From an uncultured Pseudomonadota bacterium (lineage in GTDB: Bacteria > Babelota > Babeliae > Babelales > RVW-14): a stretch of 64,000 nt of DNA. Below, in pieces: positions 19,345-28,584 of the stretch. Position numbers and translations under genes: made by a program. Numbering within the stretch: position 1 is the stretch's first letter; each line of letters begins with the position of its first letter. The stretch lies in the NCBI GenBank assembly GCA_964493325.1, contig CAZBMD010000005.1:779-64778 (forward strand), in the 5' to 3' direction. The notes beneath the pieces are model-generated. The model was not told the origin of the DNA and did not search any database. It saw only the letters and a program-made list of their open reading frames with translations.

Positions 19345-20475
19345 TCAGCTTAATCTACCAACAACTTCTTCAATAGTTTTTACAACCTGTTTTGCTGGAA
19401 TGTCTTTAATCCAGTCGCTACGCTTTGCGCACATGACAAGCTCCCCATTATTTAAGTCCCATGGTACCCACTCAGGATTTTTTTGCCGCATGAGGGCGAC
19501 AACGGGAACTTTAAGCGCACTTGCCAGATGAATAACCGACGTCTCAACCGAGATAACAAGATCGCATAATGAAATAATTGCAGGCAACTGGAAAAAATGG
19601 TATTGAGCAGAAAAAAAGACAATACTGTTAATGGAATGGCTTGCAAAAAACTTTTGAACACGCTTTTGCTCTGCAGGATCAACATTGACAATAAAATTTA
19701 TATCTGCCCAATTATCGTGCTGCTTAATCAGCGTAAGAACCTCAAAAAGATTCTCAAGCGGCCAACATCGTTTATCGTTTTTTGCAAAGGCATTAATAAA
19801 AAACACTTTGCCAAATCGCTGTGATCGCTTGTCAAAACCCCACATCAAAAAGCGTAGCTTGGCAAACGAAATCCATTGTCGAGGAATAGCCACAAACGGA
19901 GCACGAGCACTACCTTCTGCGACTTCAAGACCAAAAAGTTCCAAAAACCAAGCAGCATAACAATTTGAAATATGACCCTGATTTGCAAATTTTTTCACAT
20001 CCAGAGCTGCATCCAATTTTTTGTATGCTAATTTTGTAAAAAATTGCAGCATCCTGGTTGGTTGACGTACACCCACAACAAATCCGTTGGGGCTAAGGTT
20101 CCGCGCAAGCTTGGCATACTTTTCAGACCGCAAGGTACAAAGCGAAACAACAATAGGATAGTTTTCTGCTTGCGCATCTTGAATGGATTTTTTGAACAAT
20201 GAAACGGAATAAGTTTGGTCGTAAATTTTATGGAAAAAAGAACACGCTCGTACCCAATCGTAAAGAACATACCGCTTGAGATTATCCCACTTCCAAAAGC
20301 AACGTGTTCGGCGTACCTCGTCAACCCAAAGATGAATTTTTATGTGGGGATATTGCCGAGCAAAAGCGGCAAAATAAGTTTGCATGTACGTAAAATCACC
20401 AAGCGCCAGATGCGTAACAAACAATATTTTATCTGCTTTTTGCAAAAGATCATGCGGAACAAGTTGATTAGACAT
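19345..20475 (-). CDS. Glycosyltransferase family 9 (heptosyltransferase-like)
   Basis: 376 aa with 'ILFVTHLALGDFTYMQ' near the N-terminus and 'LISLCDLVISVETSVIHLASALKVPVVAL' near the C-terminus. Both are typical of GT9. Confidence 0.7.
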   Translation of the reverse strand: MSNQLVPHDLLQKADKILFVTHLALGDFTYMQTYFAAFARQYPHIKIHLWVDEVRRTRCFWKWDNLKRYVLYDWVRACSFFHKIYDQTYSVSLFKKSIQDAQAENYPIVVSLCTLRSEKYAKLARNLSPNGFVVGVRQPTRMLQFFTKLAYKKLDAALDVKKFANQGHISNCYAAWFLELFGLEVAEGSARAPFVAIPRQWISFAKLRFLMWGFDKRSQRFGKVFFINAFAKNDKRCWPLENLFEVLTLIKQHDNWADINFIVNVDPAEQKRVQKFFASHSINSIVFFSAQYHFFQLPAIISLCDLVISVETSVIHLASALKVPVVALMRQKNPEWVPWDLNNGELVMCAKRSDWIKDIPAKQVVKTIEEVVGRLS

Positions 20476-20489
20476 AACTCCCTTGTGGT

Positions 20490-21380
20490 CTAGACGATAT
20501 TTTGAACCTGTTCTCGAACTTTTTCCAGTTCCACTTTGACGTCAACACCCAACGTACTAATATCAAAGCTTGAACATTTTGCCATGATGGTATTGGTTTC
20601 GCGCAAGAGCTCTTGAGCAATAAAATCAAGGCGTTTCCCCTTATCTTCTTTTGAGGTCACAAGAAACGTTTTGATACTTGCAAGGTGGCTGTTAAAACGG
20701 GTGATTTCTTCATGAATATCCAATTTATTTAGCGCCGCGTACAAATCATCTAGTTGAATTTTTGCGGTCTCATCACCACTTTGAACAAGCGCAATATGCT
20801 GGGCAATAAGCGCTTTCTGATCGCTAATTAATTTTTCAGAAATTTTATAGATTGCTTCCATTTTTTCAGAACAAATAACAAACCGTTTTTGTAAATCGTT
20901 TTCTAGCGAGACACCTTCTTCTAGACGCGTTAGGCATAGCTGTTTGGCAACTTTTTCAACCAGCACCAAAATACTTTTTTCTTCGTCTTCGCTTAATTCT
21001 GTTTTTTCAGAAACAAAAACATTGGGAAGATTAATAACATCATTAATCGAAAGATGCCCCTGCAATTCAAAACGCTGCTGAATATTTTTTACGGCATCAA
21101 GATAGCCTTCAATGGTTCGATGGCTTGCCTCGATAGATTCAAATATTTCATTATCTTTGCCCAGCCTTATAACAACAGACACCCTGCCGCGATGAAGGCT
21201 TTTTTGTAGCAAATGAATAATCTTAACCTCAAGCGCACTCAGCGCTGTTGGCATCTTGCAAACAGCCTCAAAAAAGCGTGAATTTATCGCTTTGATTTCG
21301 ACTGTACAAGGAACCTTACCAGCCGATTTAAAGTCAATAAAATCAGTACCATTCGCATAGCCTGTCATACTTAAAAGCAC
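20490..21380 (-). CDS. yicC: YicC-family stress-induced protein
   Basis: 296 aa with the N-terminus 'MTGYA' and the C-terminus 'GKRLDFIAQELLRETNTIMAKC....VDVKVELEKVREQVQNIV'. Confidence 0.8.
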   Translation of the reverse strand: MLLSMTGYANGTDFIDFKSAGKVPCTVEIKAINSRFFEAVCKMPTALSALEVKIIHLLQKSLHRGRVSVVIRLGKDNEIFESIEASHRTIEGYLDAVKNIQQRFELQGHLSINDVINLPNVFVSEKTELSEDEEKSILVLVEKVAKQLCLTRLEEGVSLENDLQKRFVICSEKMEAIYKISEKLISDQKALIAQHIALVQSGDETAKIQLDDLYAALNKLDIHEEITRFNSHLASIKTFLVTSKEDKGKRLDFIAQELLRETNTIMAKCSSFDISTLGVDVKVELEKVREQVQNIV

Positions 21381-21398
21381 AAGCGTTCTCCCAACTGT

Positions 21399-22118
21399 TC
21401 AGTCGCCAATATTTGGATATACATCTTGCACGTCATCAAGATCTTCAAGTTGCTCAAGAAATTTAAAAACAGCTTCTTCCTGCGTTGAGTCAGTAATTGA
21501 AACGTAATTCTTTGGCACCCATTCAATTTCTGCAGATTCAATTTTAAGCCCAGTTTTTTCTACTGTTTTTTTTACTGTATCAAGGTCTTGAAGAGGGCAC
21601 TCGATAGTAATGACATCATCTTGGATAGAAACATCATCAATATTGCTATCGAGCAATTTTTCCAACAGCTCATCTTCGCTCATCTTACCAGCAGCTCTAA
21701 TCACACCTTTGTGTCCAAACATCCAGGCAACAGCTCCGTCAGCAGCAAGGCTGCCGCCACTTTTACTAAAAACATGCCTCAGTTCCGACACCGTTCTATT
21801 TTTATTATCACTGAGCGTTTCAACCATAACAGCCGTTCCATGAGGACCATAGCCTTCGTAGGTATGTGCTTCGTAATGAGCGCCTTCAAGCTCGCCTGTC
21901 CCTTTTTTAATGGCTCGGGTAATATTATCAAGCGGCATATTAACAGATTTTGCTTTTTCCAAAATTAAGCGGAGCTTTGCATTCCCAGCAGGATCTCCCC
22001 CACCTTCTCGTGCCGCAACTGTAATTTCCCGGACTATCTTGGTAAAAACCTTGCCACGCGCATTATCAAGTTTTGCTTTTTTATGTTTAATCGTAGACCA
22101 TTTAGAATGTCCAGACAT
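21399..22118 (-). CDS. yebC: YebC/PmpR-family transcriptional regulator
   Basis: 239 aa, 'MSGHSKWSTIKHKKAKLDNARGKVFTKIVREITVAAREGGGDP..NAKLR'. Confidence 0.92.
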   Translation of the reverse strand: MSGHSKWSTIKHKKAKLDNARGKVFTKIVREITVAAREGGGDPAGNAKLRLILEKAKSVNMPLDNITRAIKKGTGELEGAHYEAHTYEGYGPHGTAVMVETLSDNKNRTVSELRHVFSKSGGSLAADGAVAWMFGHKGVIRAAGKMSEDELLEKLLDSNIDDVSIQDDVITIECPLQDLDTVKKTVEKTGLKIESAEIEWVPKNYVSITDSTQEEAVFKFLEQLEDLDDVQDVYPNIGD

Positions 22119-22353
22119 GTCCAGCTCCTTAGCACTTTCAGACTATGTGATAGTAACCACGCTCACGTACCAACCGTGAAAATAATGTAACGAGTTTCTC
22201 TTTTTTTGTCGATAGACCTGGCATTTTTGGCAAATTTGTTAGAAAACATTTTATCACAAATCACCTACTAGTCTTGCCAATTGATAAAATATACTTAAAA
22301 CTAAATGCCGTTATCTGTGATAATAAATTTTTTAATAAAAAAGGAATAACAAG

Positions 22354-23049
22354 ATGGCTTTAAAAAAATTACATTCTATTTTGTTCTCAATTGTTTTATG
22401 CATCAATTTTTTCTCAATTCAGCCAATAGGAACTCAGCAAATAAGCGAAAAATCTATTAGCTATCATTTTTCACACGAACAAGTCACAGATTTTTTTAAA
22501 ACACATGGGAATTTAACCCTTCACAATGAATGGAGTGCTTATCAAGAATTTATGAGCCTTGATACTTTTAAAAAATATACCGCCAATGCATGCGCTAATG
22601 CAGAAAAAAATATCAATATTGAAGAGAACGCCACAATTGAAGATATGCTGACAACAAGCCTTGGTGATTTTTCTGACAATCAATTAGACTTCTCAATTCA
22701 TATCAACCTTAATAAAACAAACACGCCTTCTACCCAGAAAAAAAACTTTATAGACTTACTGAGTCAAGGTATATCGTTGCTACTCGAGCATAGTCCAATT
22801 AACGAAAACCTTCCAAATATGGCCCTTAGAGTAGAAATAAGCGATAAGGAAGAGTTTGTATCAATATCGATCCCAGATAAATTAAAGAATTTAAATTATT
22901 CAGAGAAAGAAGACTTAGCCACTGATAATGACTTTTTTTCTGAAGTATGGGAATTTGCATCTTCAGATTCCAAAGCACTTTTTATAGCTAGCTCCGGCGC
23001 TGGATTTGTTATTATTGCAGGACTAACCTTTCTTGGTTATCTTGCCTAA
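22354..23049 (+). CDS. Hypothetical protein with an N-terminal signal-like segment and a C-terminal TM anchor
   Basis: 231 aa. It shares 'YHFSHEQV' and 'DFFSEVWEF...LTFLGYLA' with the next gene. Confidence 0.6.
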   Translation: MALKKLHSILFSIVLCINFFSIQPIGTQQISEKSISYHFSHEQVTDFFKTHGNLTLHNEWSAYQEFMSLDTFKKYTANACANAEKNINIEENATIEDMLTTSLGDFSDNQLDFSIHINLNKTNTPSTQKKNFIDLLSQGISLLLEHSPINENLPNMALRVEISDKEEFVSISIPDKLKNLNYSEKEDLATDNDFFSEVWEFASSDSKALFIASSGAGFVIIAGLTFLGYLA

Positions 23050-23097
23050 ATATCACGAGTCTTTTCTTTGTCATCTTAAGATGTAAGAGTTTTTATA

Positions 23098-23376
23098 ATG
23101 CCAAGAATCGCTTTAATTATTTTTTTCACAAGCTTTTCACTTCTCCAAGTCTCTCCCAATAACAACGTTCCCCACTATCATTTTGTTTCAGAAGAAGCTG
23201 TTTTTATTTATCAACATCCTGAACAAGAAGAAGAACTAACAAGACCCTCTCTCGATGATTTTCTTGATGAAATATGGGATAGCGCACCTCCCTATACTCA
23301 AAACATCATACTCTTCATTGGAGGAATTGGGCTTGTGTCAGGAGTGCTTATCTCCCTTGGCTATCTTAGCGAATAG
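23098..23376 (+). CDS. Hypothetical small membrane protein, a mini-paralog of 22354..23049
   Basis: 92 aa with 'HYHFVSEEAV' and 'DDFLDEIWD...LISLGYLSE'. It keeps the N- and C-terminal blocks of its neighbour and lacks the middle. Confidence 0.55.
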   Translation: MPRIALIIFFTSFSLLQVSPNNNVPHYHFVSEEAVFIYQHPEQEEELTRPSLDDFLDEIWDSAPPYTQNIILFIGGIGLVSGVLISLGYLSE

Positions 23377-23996
23377 TCTCGATATTAAATCAACAAATGC
23401 TTTTTCTGTTATATTGCCGTTTTCATCTATGAAGAAATCGATAGTTGAAGCTCATGAAGCTATCCTTCAGAAAATTAAGATTGCTGTAGAAAACAAAAAA
23501 GTGTGTTTATAAAGTTATTCAGCTCGGGAGCAAGCTCCCAAGATTTCCGCTTTCGCGGTTAAAAAAATTAGTGCCTTGATTATTTCTAGCTTTTTCATTA
23601 CTATTTAGATATTAGATGCGAATTGTTATTGGTTTTACAAAAGGAATATATGTTACAATATATTGAATATCAGGCTCAAACCTGCCAAATGTTAGTCATT
23701 CCGGCGTCGATTCATTTTCATGATCGCGATGCTAAGACGTTCCCTTCATTTGCCTTTTTCTCAAAACGATTCTTTTCAAAACAGGGCGGCCTTCTTAAAC
23801 GATAAAGAAGCGCCTTTCAATTCGGTACGATCGACCTACGGTCTCTCGCTGCCAGCATAGTTTTTTTAATTTTTTTATTTTTGTTAGAGCTGGCAAAGCG
23901 CCAAGCTCATAATTTTTTTGTTAACTTTATGCCTTTTTTTGTTGTATTTTGCTGTGCAAAATACTTCATCAGATGAGTCATCTAGAGGATTTTATT

Positions 23997-24797
23997 ATGA
24001 TGCCTAATCATCGTTATTCACGCTTGTACTGCATATTTTTTGTACTAATTTCAACGCTTGCATTCTCTTCTTGTGGCAACAAAAATAACACTTCAAGCAA
24101 TCAACTCATAGTGGGGATGCTTCCAGCTGATGCACCATTCATGTCAACCAACAACGACGGAGTATGCGAAGGATTTGATGTTGATATAGCACATGCAATT
24201 GGTGACCTTCTGAACAAAGAGATCATTATCAAAGAGTACAATATGGCGGGATTGTGGACTGCATTTGAATTTGGAAAGATTGATCTCATGATGTGTGGCT
24301 TGAGCATCACACAAGCTCGTTTGGAAAAATTTAACATGGTTCACTACCAAGGAAGCGGCTTATCAACGTTCCCTCTTGTTTTTTGGGGAGCCGTTCCGGA
24401 AGGTATTACCTCGATAGAAGACTTGCGTGGAAAAAACATGACCATTGCTGTTTTGCCTGGAACAACCCAGGAGGAGTTTGCGCAACAGTTTGATTTTATA
24501 ACCCTCAAAACAATGGGCTCCTACGCTGAAATTATTCTTGATCTACAATACGGCAAAGTCAATGCTGCATTGTGCGATGAAGGAATTGAACCAATGGCAA
24601 AAAAGATTCCAAATCTCCAGATCCTTCAGGTACCAATCGGCATCTTTGAATCTCGTGGTCACGGCATAGCAATAAGCAGAAAAAACGCAATACTTGCCGC
24701 CCAGGTTGAAACTGCGATTGATCAACTCAAGAGCAATGGAACAATCGCCGCGTTAGAACGACGATGGGGCTTTATTCAAGAGGGCAATCATGCATAA
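23997..24797 (+). CDS. Polar amino-acid ABC transporter substrate-binding protein (SBP_bac_3), probable lipoprotein
   Basis: ATG 23997 gives MMPNHRYSRLYCIFFVLISTLAFSSCGN, a lipobox-like sequence. 'GFDVDIAHAIGDLL' and 'DLMMCGLSITQARLEKF' are typical of family 3 SBPs. The track start 23949 is a TTG. Confidence 0.8.
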   Translation: MMPNHRYSRLYCIFFVLISTLAFSSCGNKNNTSSNQLIVGMLPADAPFMSTNNDGVCEGFDVDIAHAIGDLLNKEIIIKEYNMAGLWTAFEFGKIDLMMCGLSITQARLEKFNMVHYQGSGLSTFPLVFWGAVPEGITSIEDLRGKNMTIAVLPGTTQEEFAQQFDFITLKTMGSYAEIILDLQYGKVNAALCDEGIEPMAKKIPNLQILQVPIGIFESRGHGIAISRKNAILAAQVETAIDQLKSNGTIAALERRWGFIQEGNHA

Positions 24798-25464
24798 CAC
24801 AATGATTACACAACTTAATCTATTCACGCCTTTGCTCCTGCAAGGACTATGGACAACTATCATTCTGGCTCTTTGCTCATCAATAATCGGACTTATACTT
24901 GGAACAGTAGTAGGAGTTTTAACGAGCACTCACTCTCGCATCCCAATTCTGGCACCACTTCTTGATGCTTATGTTTTTTGTATGCGTGGCATCCCATTTT
25001 TTGTACAACTTCTGATTATGTACTTTGTCATACCAAATCTATGCGGAATAGATCTCTCTCCTTTTGCCGCAGGAGCGCTAGCCCTCGGTTTGTGCTCAAC
25101 AAGCTATGTTGCAGAAATTATTCGCGCAGGTATTAACGCAATTCCCAAAGGGCAGTGGCATGCAAGCCTTGTTTTAGGATACACGCGAGCAGAAGCTCTG
25201 CGCTTTATTATTTTGCCGCAAGTTATAGCTCAGACTATTCCAACTCTTGCAAATGAACTTATATCTGTTCTTTTAAGCACTTCAATCATATCACAGATTG
25301 GTACCCTTGAGCTTACGAAAGTAGGCTCAAACATCATTTCACGCGAGATGAATCCACTTTTTATTTATCTCATTATTGCGGCAATGTACCTTGTAATCAC
25401 CTCTTTCATCTTGGGGCTAACCAGACTTATTGAAAGGAAACTGAATCATGCTCAGCGTCAATAA
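24790..25464 (+). CDS. Amino-acid ABC transporter permease (His/Glu/Gln/Arg/opine family)
   Basis: 224 aa and multi-TM. EAA-like loop 'AEALRFIILPQVIAQTIPTLANE'. It overlaps the neighbouring genes by 8 and 17 nt. Confidence 0.85.
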   Translation: MHNTMITQLNLFTPLLLQGLWTTIILALCSSIIGLILGTVVGVLTSTHSRIPILAPLLDAYVFCMRGIPFFVQLLIMYFVIPNLCGIDLSPFAAGALALGLCSTSYVAEIIRAGINAIPKGQWHASLVLGYTRAEALRFIILPQVIAQTIPTLANELISVLLSTSIISQIGTLELTKVGSNIISREMNPLFIYLIIAAMYLVITSFILGLTRLIERKLNHAQRQ

Positions 25465-26167
25465 TGTATCACTTCGATACTCAGTAACTGGTCAACAAAT
25501 TTTGAATAACATTTCTTTAAAATTTGCAAAAAACCGAATTACAACTCTTGTTGGAAAAAGTGGCGCAGGTAAAACTTCGCTGTTGAGCTGCATTGGAGGC
25601 ATTCAGACCAATTACCAGGGGATCATTGCCATCGAAGGTCAGAATATTGAACAAAGCTCACGCAAGCAACGTGCAATGCTGATAGGCTTTGTCTTTCAAC
25701 AATTCAACCTATTCCCACATTTAACCGTCTTACAAAATTGCACACAACCACTGATCTTAACAAAACAGCTTCCTCAAGACGAAGCTCTTGCTATCGCCCA
25801 TCATTGGCTTAAGGAAGTTGATATGGCAAGCTTTGCCAATGTTTATCCTCAACAAATTTCAGGAGGACAACAACAGCGTACCGCTATTGCTCGAGCACTG
25901 TGTTTATCTCCCCGAATACTTATACTTGATGAGCCAACCTCAGCGCTTGACCCTACAAACAGCAAGCTACTATGTGCGCTGCTCAAAAAACTTGCCGATC
26001 AAGGACTTACCGTAGCTGTTTCAAGCCACGATATGGACTTTGTTAGAAATGTTTTTGATCATGCATATTTGATTGATAAAGGCTCTGTAATCGACCACTA
26101 TGACTCAGAATTAGGAAATGATTTGAATAAAAATTGCCCGATCGGTCAATTTTTGAAAACAACCTAG
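25448..26167 (+). CDS. Amino-acid ABC transporter ATP-binding protein
   Basis: Walker A GKSGAGKTS, signature ISGGQQQR, Walker B ILILDEPTSALD. Confidence 0.9.
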   Translation: MLSVNNVSLRYSVTGQQILNNISLKFAKNRITTLVGKSGAGKTSLLSCIGGIQTNYQGIIAIEGQNIEQSSRKQRAMLIGFVFQQFNLFPHLTVLQNCTQPLILTKQLPQDEALAIAHHWLKEVDMASFANVYPQQISGGQQQRTAIARALCLSPRILILDEPTSALDPTNSKLLCALLKKLADQGLTVAVSSHDMDFVRNVFDHAYLIDKGSVIDHYDSELGNDLNKNCPIGQFLKTT

Positions 26168-26180
26168 CAATAACCAAATA

Positions 26181-26226
26181 ATCACAAAGGGCGCCGTGAA
26201 AAATTTTTCACGGCGCCCTTTGTGAT
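26181..26226. terminator. Bidirectional rho-independent-type hairpin between convergent genes
   Basis: Near-perfect inverted repeat atcacaaagggcgccgtgaaa...tttcacggcgccctttgtgat, with a GC-rich core and A/T tracts on both sides. Confidence 0.75.
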
Positions 26227-26245
26227 GTTATCTCAGCTCCAAGAT

Positions 26246-28285
26246 TTAGCTTGCGTTAGCGTACACAAGTTCTCCAGACTGCAGTTGAATTTTACCGCCT
26301 GGTAAAATTTCTACAGCCAGATCATTTGCAGCAGTTCCATTACCAAACGCTATTGCTTCAGAAGCACTTAAAGCACCGGTGTTGTAGAACTGATTCTTGT
26401 GATCAACTACCAGCGTTCCATTGGTCAAACGCATACCTGTTACTGTTGATTGAACTGTACAGCCGTTAAGAAAAAATACTGATGATCGATCAGCCATACC
26501 AAGCAAGTCTCGATTTGCAGAAACTGGCGCATAGCTGAACGTCGTTCCAATATCCATCATCAAGCGTGAACATGGCAGAATTTTTGAACTAGCGTTGGTT
26601 GGACGATAACCAAAAACATTGGTTCCAACCATACGAACATCCATCTCAAATAAAATTCTTCCAGAGGTAAATGAATAATCATTGGATAAACAAAGAACTG
26701 CGTTCTTAAGTTTAAGAGATGCACTTGTTCCCTGGCATCGAATGTTATTCTGCTTGAGTCCTTCAACAAAGATATCCTGCATTGTTAAACGACCACCAGG
26801 CCGAACAGTAATAACAGAATTGCCCATCATAATCTTGTTGCCAAAGCCCTCTATTAACGTTGTTCCCGAAAAAGTCATATTGCTTGTTAACGTCTGCATG
26901 TCTGGCAACTCAATAATCGTACCTTCACCAAATACTACAGAAGCCCCAGCTCCAAGCGTGATAGAACCATCTGTAAAGTTTTTAAGTACGACGTCTGTTA
27001 GTATCAAATTCTTCCCAGCTGATATATTAAAGTTTCCAGCCTGACGCGCAAAGTCAAAAGCATGACCATTACCATCAAGAACTGTGTGCCCTGTTACCGA
27101 AACAGTTGAGTCTACCGATACCACAAAATTCTTTTGAAGAGTGTATGTTGGCCCAGGAATTATCAGGTTGCCAGTGCCAGCAAACAAAAGGATAATTGCT
27201 TGGCTGTTGTTGGTGGTCAATCTTAGTAAAGTATTACTATTATTTTTACAACAGGACAAAAGCGCATTGCTGTTATTTGTTGTCAGTTGTAACATTGCGT
27301 TACTATCTGTTCTTTCTTTGCGGTCTAAAACAATAATTGAGTTGCTCAAATTATTGGTCAAATATAAGAGAGCGTTACTATTATTATTACAGCATGCGAG
27401 CAGCGCATTACTCAGATTTTTTGTCAAATAAAGCAGAGCGTTACTATCTGTTCTCTCTTTGCTATCTAATACAATAATCGAGTTACTCAAATTCTTGGTC
27501 AAATATAAGAGAGCGTTACTATTATTATTGCAGCATGCAAGCAGAGCATTACTCAGATTTTTTGTCAAATAAAGCAGAGCGTTACTATCTGCTCTCTCCT
27601 TGCTATTGAGCACAAGAATTGCATTACTATTATTATTGCAGCAGGCAAGAAGCGCATTGCTCAGATTTTTTGTCAGATATAAAAGAGCATTACTATCTGT
27701 TCTCTCTTTGCGATCTAATACAATAATCGAGTTACTCAAATTCTTAGTCAAATATAAGAGAGCGTTACTTGTAGCCGCAGCAAGAGATGCCCCGCCAGGA
27801 CCGTTAGCAATAATGGCGTTGCTATTGTTAGTTGTCAGTCTTAAAAGCGCATTGCTCAGATTTTTGCAGCAAACCAAAATTGCATTACTATTATTTCTTG
27901 TAAGTCTTAGGAGAGCATTACTATTATTCCTTGTAAGCCTTAAAAGAGCATTACTGTTATTTCTGATATTACGAAGAGCGTTACTATTTGAATAGACTAG
28001 ATTTGTATGAGCTCCTCCGCCTGCACGGCTAACTACAATGCCGTCCGTGTAGGTGCCGATCCAGCTTGTTGCTGCATTATTTCCAAACTCTTTAACAATT
28101 GACTCTTCGCTCCACCCTGTAATTGCTGATGCCGTGTTTACTCGTAACAGAGAATTTGTCGACTTTATCGCAATCATAGAGCTGCGATTATGAAAATTTA
28201 CGGTCGCAGAAAGTTGCTGGGAAAACCCCAAGCAGAGAACCGCAGCCATCAATAAAGATTGCTTACTAACCTGAGTATTCTTCAT
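26246..28285 (-). CDS. Secreted protein: 11-residue (hendecad) repeat array fused to a CTM module
   Basis: ATG 28285 (MKNTQVSKQSLLMAAVLCLGFSQQLSA) is preceded by GAGGGGATA. About 24 copies of S-N-A-L-L-x-L-T-x-N-x. The C-terminal module reads 'VRPGGRLTMQDIFVEGLKQNNIRCQG..NDYSFTSGRILF..FSYAPVSANRDLL..LNGCTVQSTVTG..SGELVYANAS'. Confidence 0.88.
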   Translation of the reverse strand: MKNTQVSKQSLLMAAVLCLGFSQQLSATVNFHNRSSMIAIKSTNSLLRVNTASAITGWSEESIVKEFGNNAATSWIGTYTDGIVVSRAGGGAHTNLVYSNSNALRNIRNNSNALLRLTRNNSNALLRLTRNNSNAILVCCKNLSNALLRLTTNNSNAIIANGPGGASLAAATSNALLYLTKNLSNSIIVLDRKERTDSNALLYLTKNLSNALLACCNNNSNAILVLNSKERADSNALLYLTKNLSNALLACCNNNSNALLYLTKNLSNSIIVLDSKERTDSNALLYLTKNLSNALLACCNNNSNALLYLTNNLSNSIIVLDRKERTDSNAMLQLTTNNSNALLSCCKNNSNTLLRLTTNNSQAIILLFAGTGNLIIPGPTYTLQKNFVVSVDSTVSVTGHTVLDGNGHAFDFARQAGNFNISAGKNLILTDVVLKNFTDGSITLGAGASVVFGEGTIIELPDMQTLTSNMTFSGTTLIEGFGNKIMMGNSVITVRPGGRLTMQDIFVEGLKQNNIRCQGTSASLKLKNAVLCLSNDYSFTSGRILFEMDVRMVGTNVFGYRPTNASSKILPCSRLMMDIGTTFSYAPVSANRDLLGMADRSSVFFLNGCTVQSTVTGMRLTNGTLVVDHKNQFYNTGALSASEAIAFGNGTAANDLAVEILPGGKIQLQSGELVYANAS
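27188..27991 (-). repeat. In-frame coding tandem repeat: 33-nt subunits organised into 141-nt higher-order units
   Basis: The units SNALLYLTKNL / SNALLACCNNN / SNSIIVLDRKERTD recur. Two complete 141-nt (47-aa) higher-order copies at 27305..27586 are highly similar by eye at the DNA level. Confidence 0.85.
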
Positions 28286-28584
28286 TATCCCCTCTTCTCT
28301 CCACAATTTATTATGTGATTACCTTAAACATTCTTCCTTTTCTTCTCTTAATCTAAGATAACATTTACACAGAATTCACCTTTTTACCATTGGTCTGCTA
28401 AAGAACTGAGACCAATGCTGGCAAAAAATTGGACCTCCGTTCAAGTATTAAAAATTTTTAGCTTTTTGCAAGATGAAAGAATTGAATTGAAATATTTCAA
28501 AAATCTTGTCAATTCAAAACATAGTCTCATACATTTTGAATAGGCGACGCCCTCCATTTTCAAAGTTTTTATAAAGGATATCTA

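Noticed and set aside
23255-23805. ORFs of 85 aa (23255..23512) and 60 aa (23623..23805) in or near the long spacer.
   Set aside because: The first overlaps the better-supported 23098..23376 gene out of frame. The second uses a non-ATG start, has no SD, and reads through hairpin and palindrome fragments ('VIPASIHFH'). This is typical of spurious ORFs across repeat elements.
27188-27991. A regular short-period DNA repeat that could be mistaken for a CRISPR array.
   Set aside because: The units are contiguous 33-nt in-frame codon repeats with no unique spacers. They lie within a 680-aa ORF that has a signal peptide and a conserved C-terminal module. No cas genes are present in the window.
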